In this document: positions 40,380-53,619 of the stretch, piece after piece
Layout: every line of letters begins with the position of its first letter
Position numbering within the stretch: the first letter of the stretch is position 1
Assembly: GCA_013239625.1 (NCBI GenBank)
Contig: MU054212.1
Span: 1,240,001-1,304,000, forward strand
DNA from: Lama guanicoe
Lineage: Eukaryota
Length of the DNA stretch: 64,000 nt
Reading direction: 5' to 3'
Position numbers and translations under genes: made by a program
The notes under the pieces: generated by a model
Database searches by the model: none
The model's input: only the letters and a program-made list of their open reading frames with translations
What the model was told of the DNA's origin: nothing

Positions 40380-40890
40380 TGAAAAGTTAGTGTTTCACAC
40401 AATGGGAACAACATATGCTAAGAGCTGAGACATGAGAAAAGTTCAGTGCTGCTGAGCACGGAGTGAAAGGAAGGCAGAGGCGAGACTGCTGAAGTGAGGA
40501 GACATGGGTCAAAGTCAGTCAAGTTAAGAGTTCGATTATACCCTAAGGCACTGAAGGCTTCTGGTGAGGGTGTGACAAGACCCGATCTGTGTTTCAGAGG
40601 TACCTCTCCAACTACGCTGTGGGACAGTCCGTGGAGGGAAATGGAGGAATACACAACTGGAGGCAGCACAGCCAGACAAGAAGTGCTGGCACCTACGGGC
40701 AGGACAGCAGTGGCCCACGTCAGCATACTGATGGCAGATACGCAGAAGGAACAACATGACTCATGAGACACGGAATGTGCACCACAGTTAGGAGGTTAAG
40801 ATGACTCCAAGGTTTCGGCTTGGAGAATTATGTGAACTGGTGATGTGTTCCCTGAGATAAAAACACCAGAAAGAACATGGGGACAAGAAA
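40380..40890 (-). mobile_element. L2 LINE remnant
   Basis: ggcactgaaggcttctgg ... gatctgtgtttcagagg ... aagatgactccaaggtttcggcttggagaa. Confidence 0.65.
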
Positions 40891-41184
40891 AGAGAAGGGA
40901 AAAAAATTGACAGGAAAAGTAAGAAGGATTTCTTTGTTGTGAGTTGGAAACCTTAGTCCTACTACATCCATCCCACTGTCCCCTTGAACTTCTGAACGGG
41001 AGACAATATGGATTTGAACACCACCTCATTTGCAGCAGCGAAGCGAATGTGATTGTCCTCAACAAATTCTATCTTTCACTGTAGATCTAGATACGAAAAT
41101 CTATAAACTTTTCTAGTTCACAAATCAAAGGTTTAAGAATAAACACAGAATTCTTGATTTAGTCCAGACTCTCTATTGGCTAAC

Positions 41185-41395
41185 AGGAGTCCTGGAGCCA
41201 GGCTGTTTAGGACCAAACCCTGACTCTGGTTTTTACCAGCTATGTGACCTTAGGCAAGTTACCTAAGCTCTCTGTGCCTCTGTTATTTAGAAAATGGACG
41301 TAATAGTTGTATGTACTACTTAAGGTTGTTATAAGGAATAAATGAGTTAATATACGTAAAATACACAGAATAATGCACAAAAAATGTGCTTGCTA
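41185..41395 (+). mobile_element. MIR SINE
   Basis: Core tgtgaccttaggcaagttacctaagctctctgtgcctc ... aaaatgg ... aaatgagttaatatacgtaaa. Confidence 0.82.
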
Positions 41396-42222
41396 TCACT
41401 CTAGATAATATAACTTATGGAGTGATATATTTTACCTTAGAAAGCACATGGGACACTTGTGGTACCTGGCTAAGTTGATGGAGAAACATCCCTCAACCCC
41501 AACCCATAAGGATGCTGAATAAAGTAATAAGATAATACATAGCAGAGTTTGAAAGAACAAAATCCCAGATACGCTGGAAACCAACAGGAAAGTCAAGGTT
41601 GATGGAACAGGCACATGCTGGGGGGAGGGGCACGAGGTGGTGGGGGTCAAGCACAGGGATGTCAGAGGTCAGCAGGGACATAAAGCAGGGGACTGACTGT
41701 GGCCCCTTCACTCCCAAATGAGGGGGAGACCTGGCTCTGGTCTCACCAAGCAGAGCAAGGCCTTGTAAAGGGGTAGTAGCCCAGTGAAAGCAGAAATGGG
41801 AAAACTGCCCTTGGGCTCAGGGAAAGCAGTGAAGACCTGCCTAGAGGTCTGGGTGGGAATCATGACACAAATTCTCCACTAGTGCCACATCTGGCTATGA
41901 AATCCAACTCTAGAGCCGTTATCCTAGAACCAGAAAAACCTTTACGTCCTCAATGGAAACAGACACAAAACTACTGTGCAGGGACACCTTCATAATCCAG
42001 GAGGCAGAAGAAACAAGCTCTCAGTATAGGTAAAACCCACTGTGAAGGCAGCTATCCATTCCCAAGGGACAGTTAGCAAACAAAACAAAGAATTAGCTGC
42101 ACAACCTGATATATAAGAACGTGCTGAAAAGGGCTTTGACTTTATACACTTTACATTAGAGATAAAATTAGAAACAGATGTAATGTGAAAGGACTTGCCT
42201 CTATGGAAATATTAAAACTTTA

Positions 42223-42376
42223 TTATGATAAATCACAGAGAAAAAAACGTGACAATGAGTGTGTATATGTCCATGAATGACTGAAAAATTGTGCTGAACA
42301 CTGGAATTTGACACAATACTGTAAAATGATTATGAATCAATAAAAAATGTAAAAAAATAAAAAAAAATAACAAAAA
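42223..42376 (+). mobile_element. Young L1 3' tip, same subfamily as 12814-13802
   Basis: Nearly identical to the reverse complement of about 12815-12945; TSD taaaacttta at 42213-42222 and 42377-42386. Confidence 0.88.
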
Positions 42377-42691
42377 TAAAACTTTAAAAACCACCACCTG
42401 GAACTTCTAGAATTATGAAAAAAAAAAGTCAACTAGGATTAGAAAGTCGAAGGATTAAACAGAAAAAATAGACCAAATTAAGAAAGAAACTGAAACTAGA
42501 AAATAGATCTGAGGAAATTACTCAGAATGTAATCCAGAAAAACAGAAATGGAGTGAGAAACTAAGAGGTGGGGGATAAAATAAGAAGGTTCAAAAAACAC
42601 CCATGAGGAATTTCTGCAGAAAAGAATAAAAGAATGAAGCAGCAAACTTTGAAGAGGTAATGCAATGGACTTTTCACAATTGAAAAATAAT

Positions 42692-42814
42692 GAGGTGAGG
42701 GTATATCTCAGTGGTAAAGCGCATGCTTAGCATGCATGAAGTCCTGGGTTCCATACCTCTATTAAGAAAATAATTAAATAGATAACCTATTACCTCTCCT
42801 CCCCCCAACAAAAA
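42692..42814 (+). mobile_element. tRNA-derived SINE (Vic-1-like), small internal deletion
   Basis: gagggtatatctcagtggtaaagcgcatgcttagcatgcatgaagtcctgggttc. Confidence 0.82.
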
Positions 42815-44857
42815 TCCTATGGTAATAAAGTGATGTGATCAAATATAAATGCACAATACAACATTATTTATAATGGTCAAAACCTGGCTACTACATAAGG
42901 ATACACATAGGGTTGTCTAGAAGGAGAGACTGGCTACACTACCTTCAGGAAGTCTTTCAAAAGTTTTACAAGTTTGGGTGATTTTATTTGTTAATGCAAC
43001 CAGACTTCTGGCAAAGATAAAATAGTAGAGATTTCAATACTGCATTCTTTGCACCCCTTGAATATGTTGCCAATGCCAGAAACATAAATTTGGCATTAAT
43101 CCAGACAGAAATTAGGTTTAAGGTCCACTCATGAAAACAAAAGTAAGTATTTTAATAGAATACATTTTGGACCAAAGATAAGTGTTTGATCAAAAGTGTT
43201 TACGGGGGTTATGAGAGGAAAGAATTGTAAATAAAGTTGAAAAATCAGTGTGTGATCAGGCTATGAAAGTCCTTAAATGGCCAGGATAGAGTCTGCATTT
43301 TATTCTATAGTTTCAAGGACACTTAAAAAGATTTTCTCAACAACAAAAAAAAACTTATAAAAAGAAAAAGTAACTTTCTAAAATTAACCTGGCAGCAATA
43401 ATGCAGTAATTTCACAGAATTTGAGTTGGAAGAGTTCCGTCAAGTCTTTCGATTCAACTCCCTTGAGAGATGGAATGCGGGGGTTCCCTGGAGGCAGGGA
43501 GATGAAAGGGCAGGCTGCCGCAGTGACCTGGGTTGCCACAGCACAACTGGATACAGGAAACGGAGTAAGAAGGATGCTGACTCTTAAAGTGCATGTTCAT
43601 TCAGTCTTGTACTAAAATTAAAATGTAAGACAACTAACAATTTCAGCCACAAGATCTGGACTCTGTCCATAAACACTTCAGTTTTTCATCTTGAGAAGTC
43701 ACTGGCAAACTACGTAGGCAGTCTGGAGCAGGATGTGTATCTATCAGCTTCCTTTAATAAAACACATGGTGCAGGATTATTCTGTACAATCCTTTGGCGT
43801 TAAGATCAGACTCAGCTACCTTCGAAACTCTTCAGTTCCATTCATGAAATCATCTCAACCCTATTTACTTAGCATTTACGTGTGTAGTTTTATTTATCTA
43901 CACCAGTCTTTCAGAAAATAATGTTTATAATTGTTTACGTATAAACCCATTGACTTTTTTATTTCCACTGACTTTTTTTTGTAGCTATATGAAATAGCGT
44001 TGTCAGATCAAAGTCAAATATATCCAAGTTTCCCAGATGGCACTGTCCAAAATAAAATCTCTCTTGTAGTACTGAGTATTATGCCTCTGAGAGCACAAAT
44101 GATGCATGCCATCATTATGACGGACACAAGGGTCATACAGGTGATCTGAACCAAGAGATTTGACTTAATGTTTGAAAGAAAAAAACAACTTAATTTGGTT
44201 GTAGTTCTGACATCATTTCTTTCTTCTACCCAGGTTAAAGAAATTAACCTTTGTATTTCATCTCACTCTGTACAGTTTCTACATCTTTTAAATGTTGTTA
44301 GTATCTCTGTTTCATTTTGATGGTTCTTGGTGAAGATGGTATTTTAAAAGCCCACTGATGGTCTAGTTGCATAACTCCGAACATACTAAAAGCCACTAAA
44401 CGGTACACTTCACATAGGTGAATTCTAGGCTTATGTGAATTATATCTAACGAAGCTGCTATTATTTTAAAAGTCTACTGAGGATGAATAGCACTAAGTAA
44501 AAAAAAATTCCAGTTTGCAATCAATAATCCAAAGGACTTGACCGCTATCCTTCACAAAGCTGTCGTCACTGATGTAAATAAATGTTTGCTGAACTGAAGC
44601 AAAGAGATGCCCAAGGTACACGTGGATAGATACAGAGCATTCATGATCAGTTTACTCTAATATTAACATTTCTTCAAATTCTCTGGGCACACAAACTAGA
44701 TCATGATTAAAATAATCATAAAATCATAGACAACTAAATTGATTCAATTTTAGTGGAGTTATTTATAAACAGATCATAGCTGAAGTCTAAAGCAATAGTT
44801 TAATTTATAAAGTAATAAACAATTTTTTCTCAAAACCTAATTTTTGTATTGGATTTT

Positions 44858-44947
44858 TTTTTTCCTTTGATGGAAGCCATGGAGATTGAACCCAGGACCT
44901 CTTGCACGCCAAGCATGCGATCTGTACTGAGCTAAACCCCCCACCCC
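44858..44947 (-). mobile_element. tRNA-derived SINE (Vic-1-like)
   Basis: Reverse-complement A and B boxes; TSD ttgtattggatttt at 44844-44857 and 44948-44961. Confidence 0.83.
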
Positions 44948-45149
44948 TTGTATTGGATTTTATATTGGGATTTTGAATTTTCTATTGGATTGTATTTTGA
45001 TTTTTGGAGTATTTAGTTAATTCTTAGTAAATTGATAACTAATGGAGAATGAAGGTATAAATAGCTACTCTTGGAAGGTAGATTAATAATTGGACAAGTT
45101 CACATATACAGAGAATGGCAGAAGGCCAAGATCTGGAAACTACCAACCC

Positions 45150-45255
45150 CTTCATTTTATAGATAAGGAAACTGAGGCTCAGAGAAATTAAATGTTCTGC
45201 TCAAAAGTAACAATCAACAAGCGGCAGAACAAGGATTCGAACCCAAGATAACTGA
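45150..45255 (-). mobile_element. MIR SINE core
   Basis: cattttatagataaggaaactgaggctcagagaaattaaatg ... ggattcgaaccca. Confidence 0.75.
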
Positions 45256-45451
45256 ACTCAAAAAACCAAGTTCTTCCAGAATTCATGAACAAAATTCTCA
45301 CTACACGGCCAAGATGAATTTACAGCCTCAAAAAGTTAACATTAACTCTGTTTTCCAAATACAATTCTGAATTTAAAACCAAATGTACAGTCTAACTAAA
45401 AAGTAGAAAGGGTCAACACCTAGGATAATGGGGGGGGGGGTCTGTTTTTAC

Positions 45452-45533
45452 CTTTAGCCATGTCACACTCCTTAATCATTTTGAGAAAGTTGGAAATTTC
45501 CCTATCTAGTCTCTGTTGGCATGTCTGTGCTTT
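45452..45533 (-). CDS. OSBPL1A: OSBPL1A exon 14 (82 nt): KAQTCQQRLDREISNFLKMIKECDMAK(E)
   Basis: Long polypyrimidine tract then ttccag|AAA; donor AAG|gtaaaa. Confidence 0.96.
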
Positions 45534-48500
45534 CTGGAAAAGAAAAAAAAGAAAACAAAGTTAAACTAATAAAGGATTTTTACAGTACAAATGCTTTTAT
45601 GTTTCTATCAAAACTTCCAGTTCACAGGTTAATACACTGTAATAGTTGGGACATATTCCTAACAGAGATAAAGGTGAGAGAAATTTTGCTTAGAAATTGA
45701 ACGTAACATTTAATCATGTACAAATTAATAAAAATAAGTTTTTCTAAATTCTAAATACATTGAACATGTCATGTAGATACCACACCACTGCATTAATTAC
45801 TTCTAATAACTCACTACATAATATATACCTGAGATGTTAGATTTTTCTCATTTAGCACTTGTAGTGGGCTTGATTAAATTTGAGAAATTATAAAATGCAT
45901 TCCTTAAGAATATATTTTAAAAATCGTTTGTTTTGGAAAAAAAAAATCCAGATGGTACTAACATTTGGAAAACGCAAGCTGATTTTCGTTCAGCAATCTG
46001 AGTGCACATAGCCCCCATGTAATTAGACCAATAAGAACATTTTTAGTAAGTAAAAGCTTATAAAAATAAGGTGAAGCGTTCTTCCTTGTAATTTGAAATT
46101 TCTACATATTTAGAGCCATAAAAAGTGAAACATAAATACAGAGTTTCATGATGTAAGTTGCATCCTATTTTAGTAGATTTGGAAGTCCAAGATGAAAAAA
46201 ATCAGATAAATCCATTATATTAACAATGTAGTTTTAAAGGTAGTTCTTTCTATTTACAATTTCCCTTTAAAGCAGATTAAGAAGCAAGAAAATCATCATT
46301 GTAAACTTGGTTTATGGTAATAAAAAATATTATGAGAACCTTCACCTTATTAATATTAAGCATCACATTGTTGTCGGTACAGTAATAATATTTAGCCTAT
46401 GAACCTTCCCTACTTTGTACTCCTAATCTCAACTGGCTCAACACCAAACACTCCCCCTAAATCAGACCTATGTGCCAAGGTGACATAGGTAAGCACCTTT
46501 TTCACCTTATAAATTTTTCAATGCTTATGAAGCTCAGCTCAACCACAGCAGAATTATTCATGGTACCACATTAGTGACAGGCAATGCTCTCTTTAAAATC
46601 TACATTACTCTGTTTTGAGAGCTCTAACAACATAAAAATGCAATTCACATTTTCTTTTTTTTTGGAGAATACCCACATTATGCAATTTAAAACATCACAC
46701 AAAGAGAAATGGTATGCTGGATGATTTTTTAAGACGTAGCCTGTGAATACACATTGAAGGCAGGAAAAAAAGTCGATCTGGGGGCTATTGAAAAGCCGCA
46801 CTGCACAGCCAAATGTATCACTCATAATTTATTAATAGAAAATTGTCATTTTCACTCTATACATATTTAATACTCCTGCCCGTGTGCGCGCCAACGCTAC
46901 TGTTTTCTCTTTTCCCTTCAGTGGTGAAAGTTAGCTGGGGGCACAAAAGTGGGCACAGGCTTCACTGCAGTCTGCGAGTGTGTAATCGACATGATATTCC
47001 TGTGGTTAATTAAAGACAAGAAACCCTTTCCACAGCATCGTCCCCCAGTACTTGAGTCACATTCATCTTCCCCTGGCTTATCAGACAGTTACTGAAAAAA
47101 GTTCCTCGGATCCACAATTCACTTGTTTTCAGAGGTACCTAATATCTTCTCCATCAGACCTTCGATTTACACATACTGTTTTACAGTTCAGTACAAATGT
47201 GTGTCTTCTAAACAATTAATGTCATTTAACTGATACTAAGAAGAAAGAGGTTATTAATAGAGTTAAAAAAAAAACCCGACGCTCTCCAATTTGTTTTCAT
47301 TTCCTCTTAGCAGCTATTTTACAAAACCCTAAAAATCCATCTGTGAAGGGTAATGCTTATGAGTTCTTTGCAGAGCCCAGCATGGTGTCTCACTGACTTC
47401 TATGTCACTCACTTTATGCCAGGGACTCCTTTCTAGGTTTTTAATTTTTATTTAGTCTACATAAATGGGCTCCCACATGAGCAGTGCTGCAATACCAGAA
47501 GCACACCCACAGCCCTGGGCCCCAGAGGGTTGGAGGCACCCAGGGGAGGCACCCACCACAGCCTCCTGCTCCTACTTCTGACCTCCCAGATTTCAGACCC
47601 AAGCTGTTGGTTTGGTCAGACATCAGCTGATGTTAAACTACTTTATGATCCCTGGCCTATGGGACAGTTGAAAAATGTACATCAAGGGGGTGGGCACCTG
47701 GGGAGGAGTGGATCAGCTGGCAGAGAGGTCACTAATTCCAGGCTATTTGCTACATAGACAATACACATTTGGCTAATTAAGAACAGGAGCACACTGCCTT
47801 CCACTCAGCAATGAGAAGAAAAACTACTGATACACACAACACGGCTGAGAGGTGAGCACATACGGTACAATCCCATTTACACAGAATCCTAGAAGGGCGC
47901 AGCTGACAGCGCCTATAATGACAGAGCGCAGATCGGGGGCTGCAGGAGATGGAGGGGAGGGCACCGCCTGGAAGGGGCACCCAAGGGCTTGTGAGGTGGT
48001 AGAAATGTTCTATACCCTGATGAGTGTGATGGTTACACAGGGTGTTTGTCAAAACACACCAAACTGGAGATGTCAAAATGCCTCCATTTTATTATATAAC
48101 AATTGGCACTTAACAGTAATCTAAACTTGAAAAATAACTGATTGTAGAATCCAGTAACTTGCCCCTGCAATACTGTATGGTGCCCCAGAACTCATCTCCA
48201 ACTCTTCCAAACTCTAGCCAAACCCACATCAAGGATTTGTATTGTAATCCTTAATATATCCCTCAAATAATGTATTCTGCAATATTTACATAAAGTAAAA
48301 GAAAAAAAAGAATATACAGAGAAAGGCAGTTCTTCTTTACATACTTATCAGTCCTAGAGTCCATGTTTTCTCTTTCCAGTCTCAAAGCAACAATTGCTAA
48401 TAATTTCTTATCTTTCCAGGGATGACCTAGCCTACACAAATGCGTGTATATGTCCCTGTGTTCTCTCTCTCAACTAGAAGCACATTAGATACAATATTTT

Positions 48501-48821
48501 ATACTTTGTCCTTTTCACTTAGCTATAAATCTTAAATGTATCAATATATATAAATCTGCCTCATTCTTGTATGGCTGTATCAATCTTTATCAGCCTTGAG
48601 CTGATGTACATTCATCTTTCTGCACATTCACTTTAGTTGGAAATCATTTATTCTTCAGTGAGGAAAGTTTGATACTACTTTCTCATTTGTTTAACATTTC
48701 ACATCATCTGCTCATTACTTCTTGTAACACAGATACAGTTCAGAGCCTACAGGAGTCAAGATATTTTTAATGAATAAAACCCCTGCTTTCCTAGAACCAC
48801 CCCAACTCTAAGAGCCTATGC

Positions 48822-49008
48822 CAGTCTGACCCAACAGAACTTTCTACAATGACGGAAACATTCTACAGCTGCACTGTCCAAGGTGACAGCCACATGTGCT
48901 ACTGAGCCCATGAAATGTGGCTCATTTAAGTAAGAAACTGAGTTTTCATTTAATTCTAATTAATTTAAATGTAAATAGTACCTAGCAGCTATCATATTGG
49001 GCAGTGAA
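48822..49008. mobile_element. MER3-like hAT-Charlie MITE
   Basis: caacagaactttctacaatgacggaaacattcta ... agccacatgtgctactgagc ... tgaaatgtggct ... tattgggcagtg. Confidence 0.78.
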
Positions 49009-50645
49009 GTTCTATACCAATGCTTGCTTGAATTTCTCTCCTAGCTTTTATTCCTAAAATATTTTCAAGTTTCCATAAAGGTAACAACCATAAGGCCAAT
49101 ATTTCTATGATCTTATACTTTTCTCTCTGTAGGCCTAACCTCAAGGCAGTGACACACTGAGGGCTAAAAGAAAACATTTTAAGTTTTTGAAGGCCCTCAT
49201 TCTGGGCAGACGTAACAGGGGACCAAGAGTATCATAACAGGAGCACTTTTTCAGTGTGGACTTTCCCCATTCTCCCAATTTCTTACAGGTTTACTTACTA
49301 GTCCAAAAGCAGACTGAGGAAATAAGGCTAATTTTATGTTCATTCTGGTAGTTACAGAATATTCCAGTCCTACAGTTCCTAATTTCCTTTAGAAAGTCTA
49401 TAGACATCTACAATAGATCCATTTCACAAATGGTCCCAGGATTTCCTTGCAACATAAGAACGCAAGGATCAAGGGCATTCTGGAGCCAGTCTACCATAAG
49501 CTCCAATTCAACTCACCTCAAAGCTCATCTCAGATTTGACCATTCTGAACCAACCTTCAGAAGCTGAGACAGAGTCAAGAGTCTCAGAATTAGCATTCAA
49601 ATTCTGTTAAGCAGATCTGTGTATAAACTGCAAGACTTAAAGTACTTAACACTGGCTGAAACTATCGTTGACTCCAGATGCTATAAAATCTGGAAGTCAA
49701 AAACTCCATGGCTTTAAAGTTAACATAGGAACACAACATTCAAATAAGGAATAAATACAAGGTATAATTGTGGCTGACAACCCTAAAGTTTGAAAATTAC
49801 CCTAAAGAAGAAATATTTCTCCAAGAAAGTTTTTTAACAGTATCCAAGTTAGTATGATTTTATTTGACCTCTAACTTTCATTAAAAAGTTCTTAAAATTA
49901 TAAGCAAAAAAAATTTTTTAATTACCATAAGTGTTGGAAACATACTGATGTGATTTATAAGCACTTCCAGTTTTTATCATTTACCTTATGTTGAGGGTAC
50001 TCAATAGGAAAGGATTCCTTTTTCACTTAGGGAACACTGACTTAAAGTTAAACAAGTGAAAAACAAAAGTATGCTAAATATTTTAGCCATAATTTTGGCC
50101 ACAGATATTTAAGCCTCCTTTATTTATGCAGTTTTAATGTCGTTTAGATGTTCTGGTAGATGTGGCTTTTGCAAAGTTCATTGATGTGAAAATTATGTTT
50201 ACAGTTGTCACACGTTATATACCAGGGTTTAAAGTAGGAGTTCTGTTAAAGTAACTGTCAAATTCTGTGGTATGTCTTCAACAACACATGGAAGAGTTCA
50301 AATTCTTTCATGTTGAATCATAAATTAAGATTAGGGATTGAAAGTGTCAAAATTTCTTTCTTGTTTAAGTTTACATAGGCCTTTATGTCAATAAAACTCC
50401 TTAGCTGTTGGCAAACTTAAACTCACTAGAGTTGTTGACTTAGAAGCATTCAAATCCTGCAATAAATTCATTTCATAAAAAAGATTAAATTTAGTAGGCA
50501 AATTCACATGCTCTGACATAATTATTTAGATGGAAACGCATCCTCCTTTCGTAGTTCTAATTCTTCCTCACCCACTCCCATTTAAAAGTATGGCCAGAAA
50601 ATTGATGCCAAGAAGGAAAATACGTATTTCATTTCAATTACTTAC

Positions 50646-50702
50646 GTTGACATTTCTCTGTGGATGAGGCATTGGTGTCACTTCAGCTGAGGGCCTCTCC
50701 AT
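50646..50702 (-). CDS. OSBPL1A: Candidate alternative first coding exon in intron 13 (MERPSAEVTPMPHPQRNVN), in frame with exon 14
   Basis: ATG at 50702-50700 preceded by in-frame TAG TGA; 19 open codons end at AAC|gtaagt; phase 0 like the exon 14 start. Confidence 0.4.
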
Positions 50703-50855
50703 TCACTACTGACGCTTTACCTTACCTCTAATCAGTGAAGTTACAGATTACAAGTGGTTTTAAATGAAACTACAGACCAGGAAAGGTATCACTATGGTTG
50801 CATTATTTAAACTCTGAAATGTGCGGTGAAGTCATAAAGGACAGCCTGGGAAGCA

Positions 50856-50874
50856 ACGCTCCCCCTACTGGCAG
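50856..50874 (-). promoter_or_regulatory. CTCF-like motif
   Basis: Minus strand CTGCCAGTAGGGGGAGCGT; one mismatch to the core CCASYAGRKGGCRS. Confidence 0.45.
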
Positions 50875-50897
50875 TAGCTCTCAGAGAGAATGGCAAT

Positions 50898-50999
50898 TTT
50901 TTTTTTTTAATTGAAGTACAGTCAGTTACAATGTGTCAATTTCTGGTGTGCAGCACAATGTCCTAGTCATGCAGATACATATATTCATTTTCATAAAAC
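50898..50999 (-). mobile_element. Short L1 3' tip
   Basis: Poly(T) followed by aattgaagtacagtcagttaca; TSD agaatggcaat / agaatgacaat at 50887-50897 and 51000-51010. Confidence 0.82.
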
Positions 51000-51264
51000 A
51001 GAATGACAATCTGAGTACAACATAAAAATTTTAACCAGAAAAGATACGTACATACCTATCTTTAGAGTCTATCTACAGACACATGTGAGTTATTACCACA
51101 GCAGGGACAGTACACATAGCAATAGGATGTTACTAGAAAAGAGCAATATTATCTCTACAGTCGTCAGAAATCTTCATTTCAAACCTCATGTTAAAATAAG
51201 AATTCTTGGTAAATCCTGAGTGACAGAGTTAGCGATACAGGCCAGGTTACATTTTCCTATTTAC

Positions 51265-51387
51265 CTCCAAGGATTCCTTCAAGTCCACAGCAGAAACGGC
51301 ATCCTCCTCTTCATCATCAGTCAGCTGGTCCTGGGAACAGTAGTGAGTGCTGTAAGCAGAATGCTCTTCTATTGCTTCCAGCCAGTC
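51265..51387 (-). CDS. OSBPL1A: OSBPL1A exon 13 (123 nt), end of PH domain and acidic linker: DWLEAIEEHSAYSTHYCSQDQLTDDEEEDAVSAVDLKESLE
   Basis: Acceptor ttccag|GAC; donor GAG|gtaaat. Confidence 0.96.
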
Positions 51388-52575
51388 CTGGAATCATCCA
51401 AGGATTTAAATAAGCATCAAGTACACTTTTCCTCAAGAAGAGATATTATGACAATGACCTGGAAAGCATAACATTTATTTGGAGGGAAAAAAAGACCATG
51501 GCCTCAAAAAAGCAAAACAAAACAAAAAATACCCGAAAAGAGAGTAAGGATGCAGGTCTCCTGTCCGTGACACGTCTGGATAAAAAGTTTTCTCAATATT
51601 TAAAAAAATTTCATCTACAACTTTACATATTCATCAATACTCCAACATACTATAAAAACTTAATAATGGGGGAAGAATTTTTCACTTAAAATTATAGGTT
51701 CTCAACACTGCTGAATAAGTTATTATACAATAATGTATCCAGAAACAGTTTTATTAACTTGTCATAAGCACAAGAAACTCAGATCATTTTGAGAGAGCCA
51801 ACAATTGCCCAAGTGTATGCTTTAATTCTTTAAAAAAATCAGTGATTTCAAAAAAATAATATTTGCCCTAGAAATACCTACCTTACTTCTACCTCAATTC
51901 TTACAGCATTATTTGGGGTCAAATCTTACCCTTTTATGAAATATTTGGACAATGTTTTGGATTGTTGGGTTCTTTGCAAAGCCAAAATTAACCACTTTGG
52001 AAAATAGATTCTTTTAATCTCTTACCTAGTTTACAAAAAAAAACAAGACAGGCTTTGCTATAAAGGAATATGGAGTCTCCATTAAATAATAGCACAATGA
52101 ATTTGTCACGCCAATCCCAATTTCCCTGCTTGCTGCTGCTGTTCAGTTGACCACAAAGGCAGGCTGTGTCTACACTGCAGTAAGTCAGAAGACCTGCACT
52201 GGAGCCAGGTTCTGTCACTTGCAAGCTGCGTGACTTCAGAGGTCTCTTTCATCTTACAGTCTTCAGTTTCCTCACCTATAAATTCAGGGCCAGGCTAAAT
52301 AACCATTCAGATTTTTTTCCAAAACCAATAAAAGCCTCTTACATTCACAGACGCAAAATGAAAAAAAACCCAAATGAGCAGAAAACACCTGCAGGTACAT
52401 GTTGATAAACAATTTATTTCGTAAGCCAAACTTTGAAAGCTTCATATAATCACTCCCATTAAAAAGGTACAATCAATAAGATGTTGGGTGTTAATATAGA
52501 GCCTGTCTTATATTCTTTATGTTCTTAAGTGTTCTTAAAGTTTTTATGAAAGATAAAGAAAATCCATAAAATTAC

Positions 52576-52674
52576 CTCTCTTGTCTGTTGAAGGCTATTC
52601 TTAGGAACCCTGAAGCCATGAATAGTGTCATCGAAGCATTTAATAAAGAAGAGGCAGCTATCAGTGGATTTTAC
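52576..52674 (-). CDS. OSBPL1A: OSBPL1A exon 12 (99 nt), PH domain: VKSTDSCLFFIKCFDDTIHGFRVPKNSLQQTRE
   Basis: Acceptor cccaag|GTA; donor GAG|gtaatt; peptide visible in ORF 52525..52707. Confidence 0.96.
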
Positions 52675-53619
52675 CTTGGGTATAAAGAAGTCAGTAAGAC
52701 AGTGCATTCATGCACATAGAACAGAACCCGAGAATTATCTATACATAAAATTAACAGTACTAACACGACAATACCCAAGAGAATATTTAAAATACTGACT
52801 GAGAAAAACTGATATGTTTGGAGTATCAAATGCATTGCTCCTTATCTATGTCAAATTTGGCTTTCATATTCTTGGTTACTCAAAGTAAATACTAATAAAT
52901 AGTTCACTAGGTATGCACTTTTCCTTTTATCCTTTCTATTAACTATAACACAGCATGCACTTGGGCTATAAGGTCCTTTAAATACCACAGCTCCAATTTC
53001 TTACTCATGCCACTCTCCTGAATGTTTTGTTTGAGCTGTGTACAGACAATGTGTGAACTGGGCATAAGAGAATGAAGAGGAGACAAGGAGGAGCTGACGT
53101 GTGAACAAGAGCTGGCTGGCTCAGTGGGGAAGGACATTGGGAGGAAAGGAAACGAGGGGCTCTGCAAGCAAGTTCCGCACCCCCCCAAGACTGTTCACCT
53201 GGAACGGAAGAGCCCCACCACCACCGACACAGGAGCAGCAAAGCATTCCTAGAAAACTGTCTGCCTTTGGAAATCAAGAAAGCAAAGCTGGGCAGACATC
53301 AATACTAAGAGAGTAGGGGAGGCCCCCAGGGCCAGAGACAGGATCCCCAAATTCTGTCTATTCACATCTCTAGCTGATGCACAGGAGAGATTCTAAGCAG
53401 TCACTGAAATACACCTTATTTGAATGCAGACCAGAGCTGCTGTCCAAGAAACACAGCTTATAATCCACATCCCGCCAAAAAAATGACCTAAAAGGATGGA
53501 AATAACATTTAATGGAAAAAATAAGAGAATTCAGACTTTCCAGAACTTAATATTCATAATATTAAGGACACAATCCCAAATTACTTGACATGTGAATTAA
53601 AATTGGAACATATTCTCAA

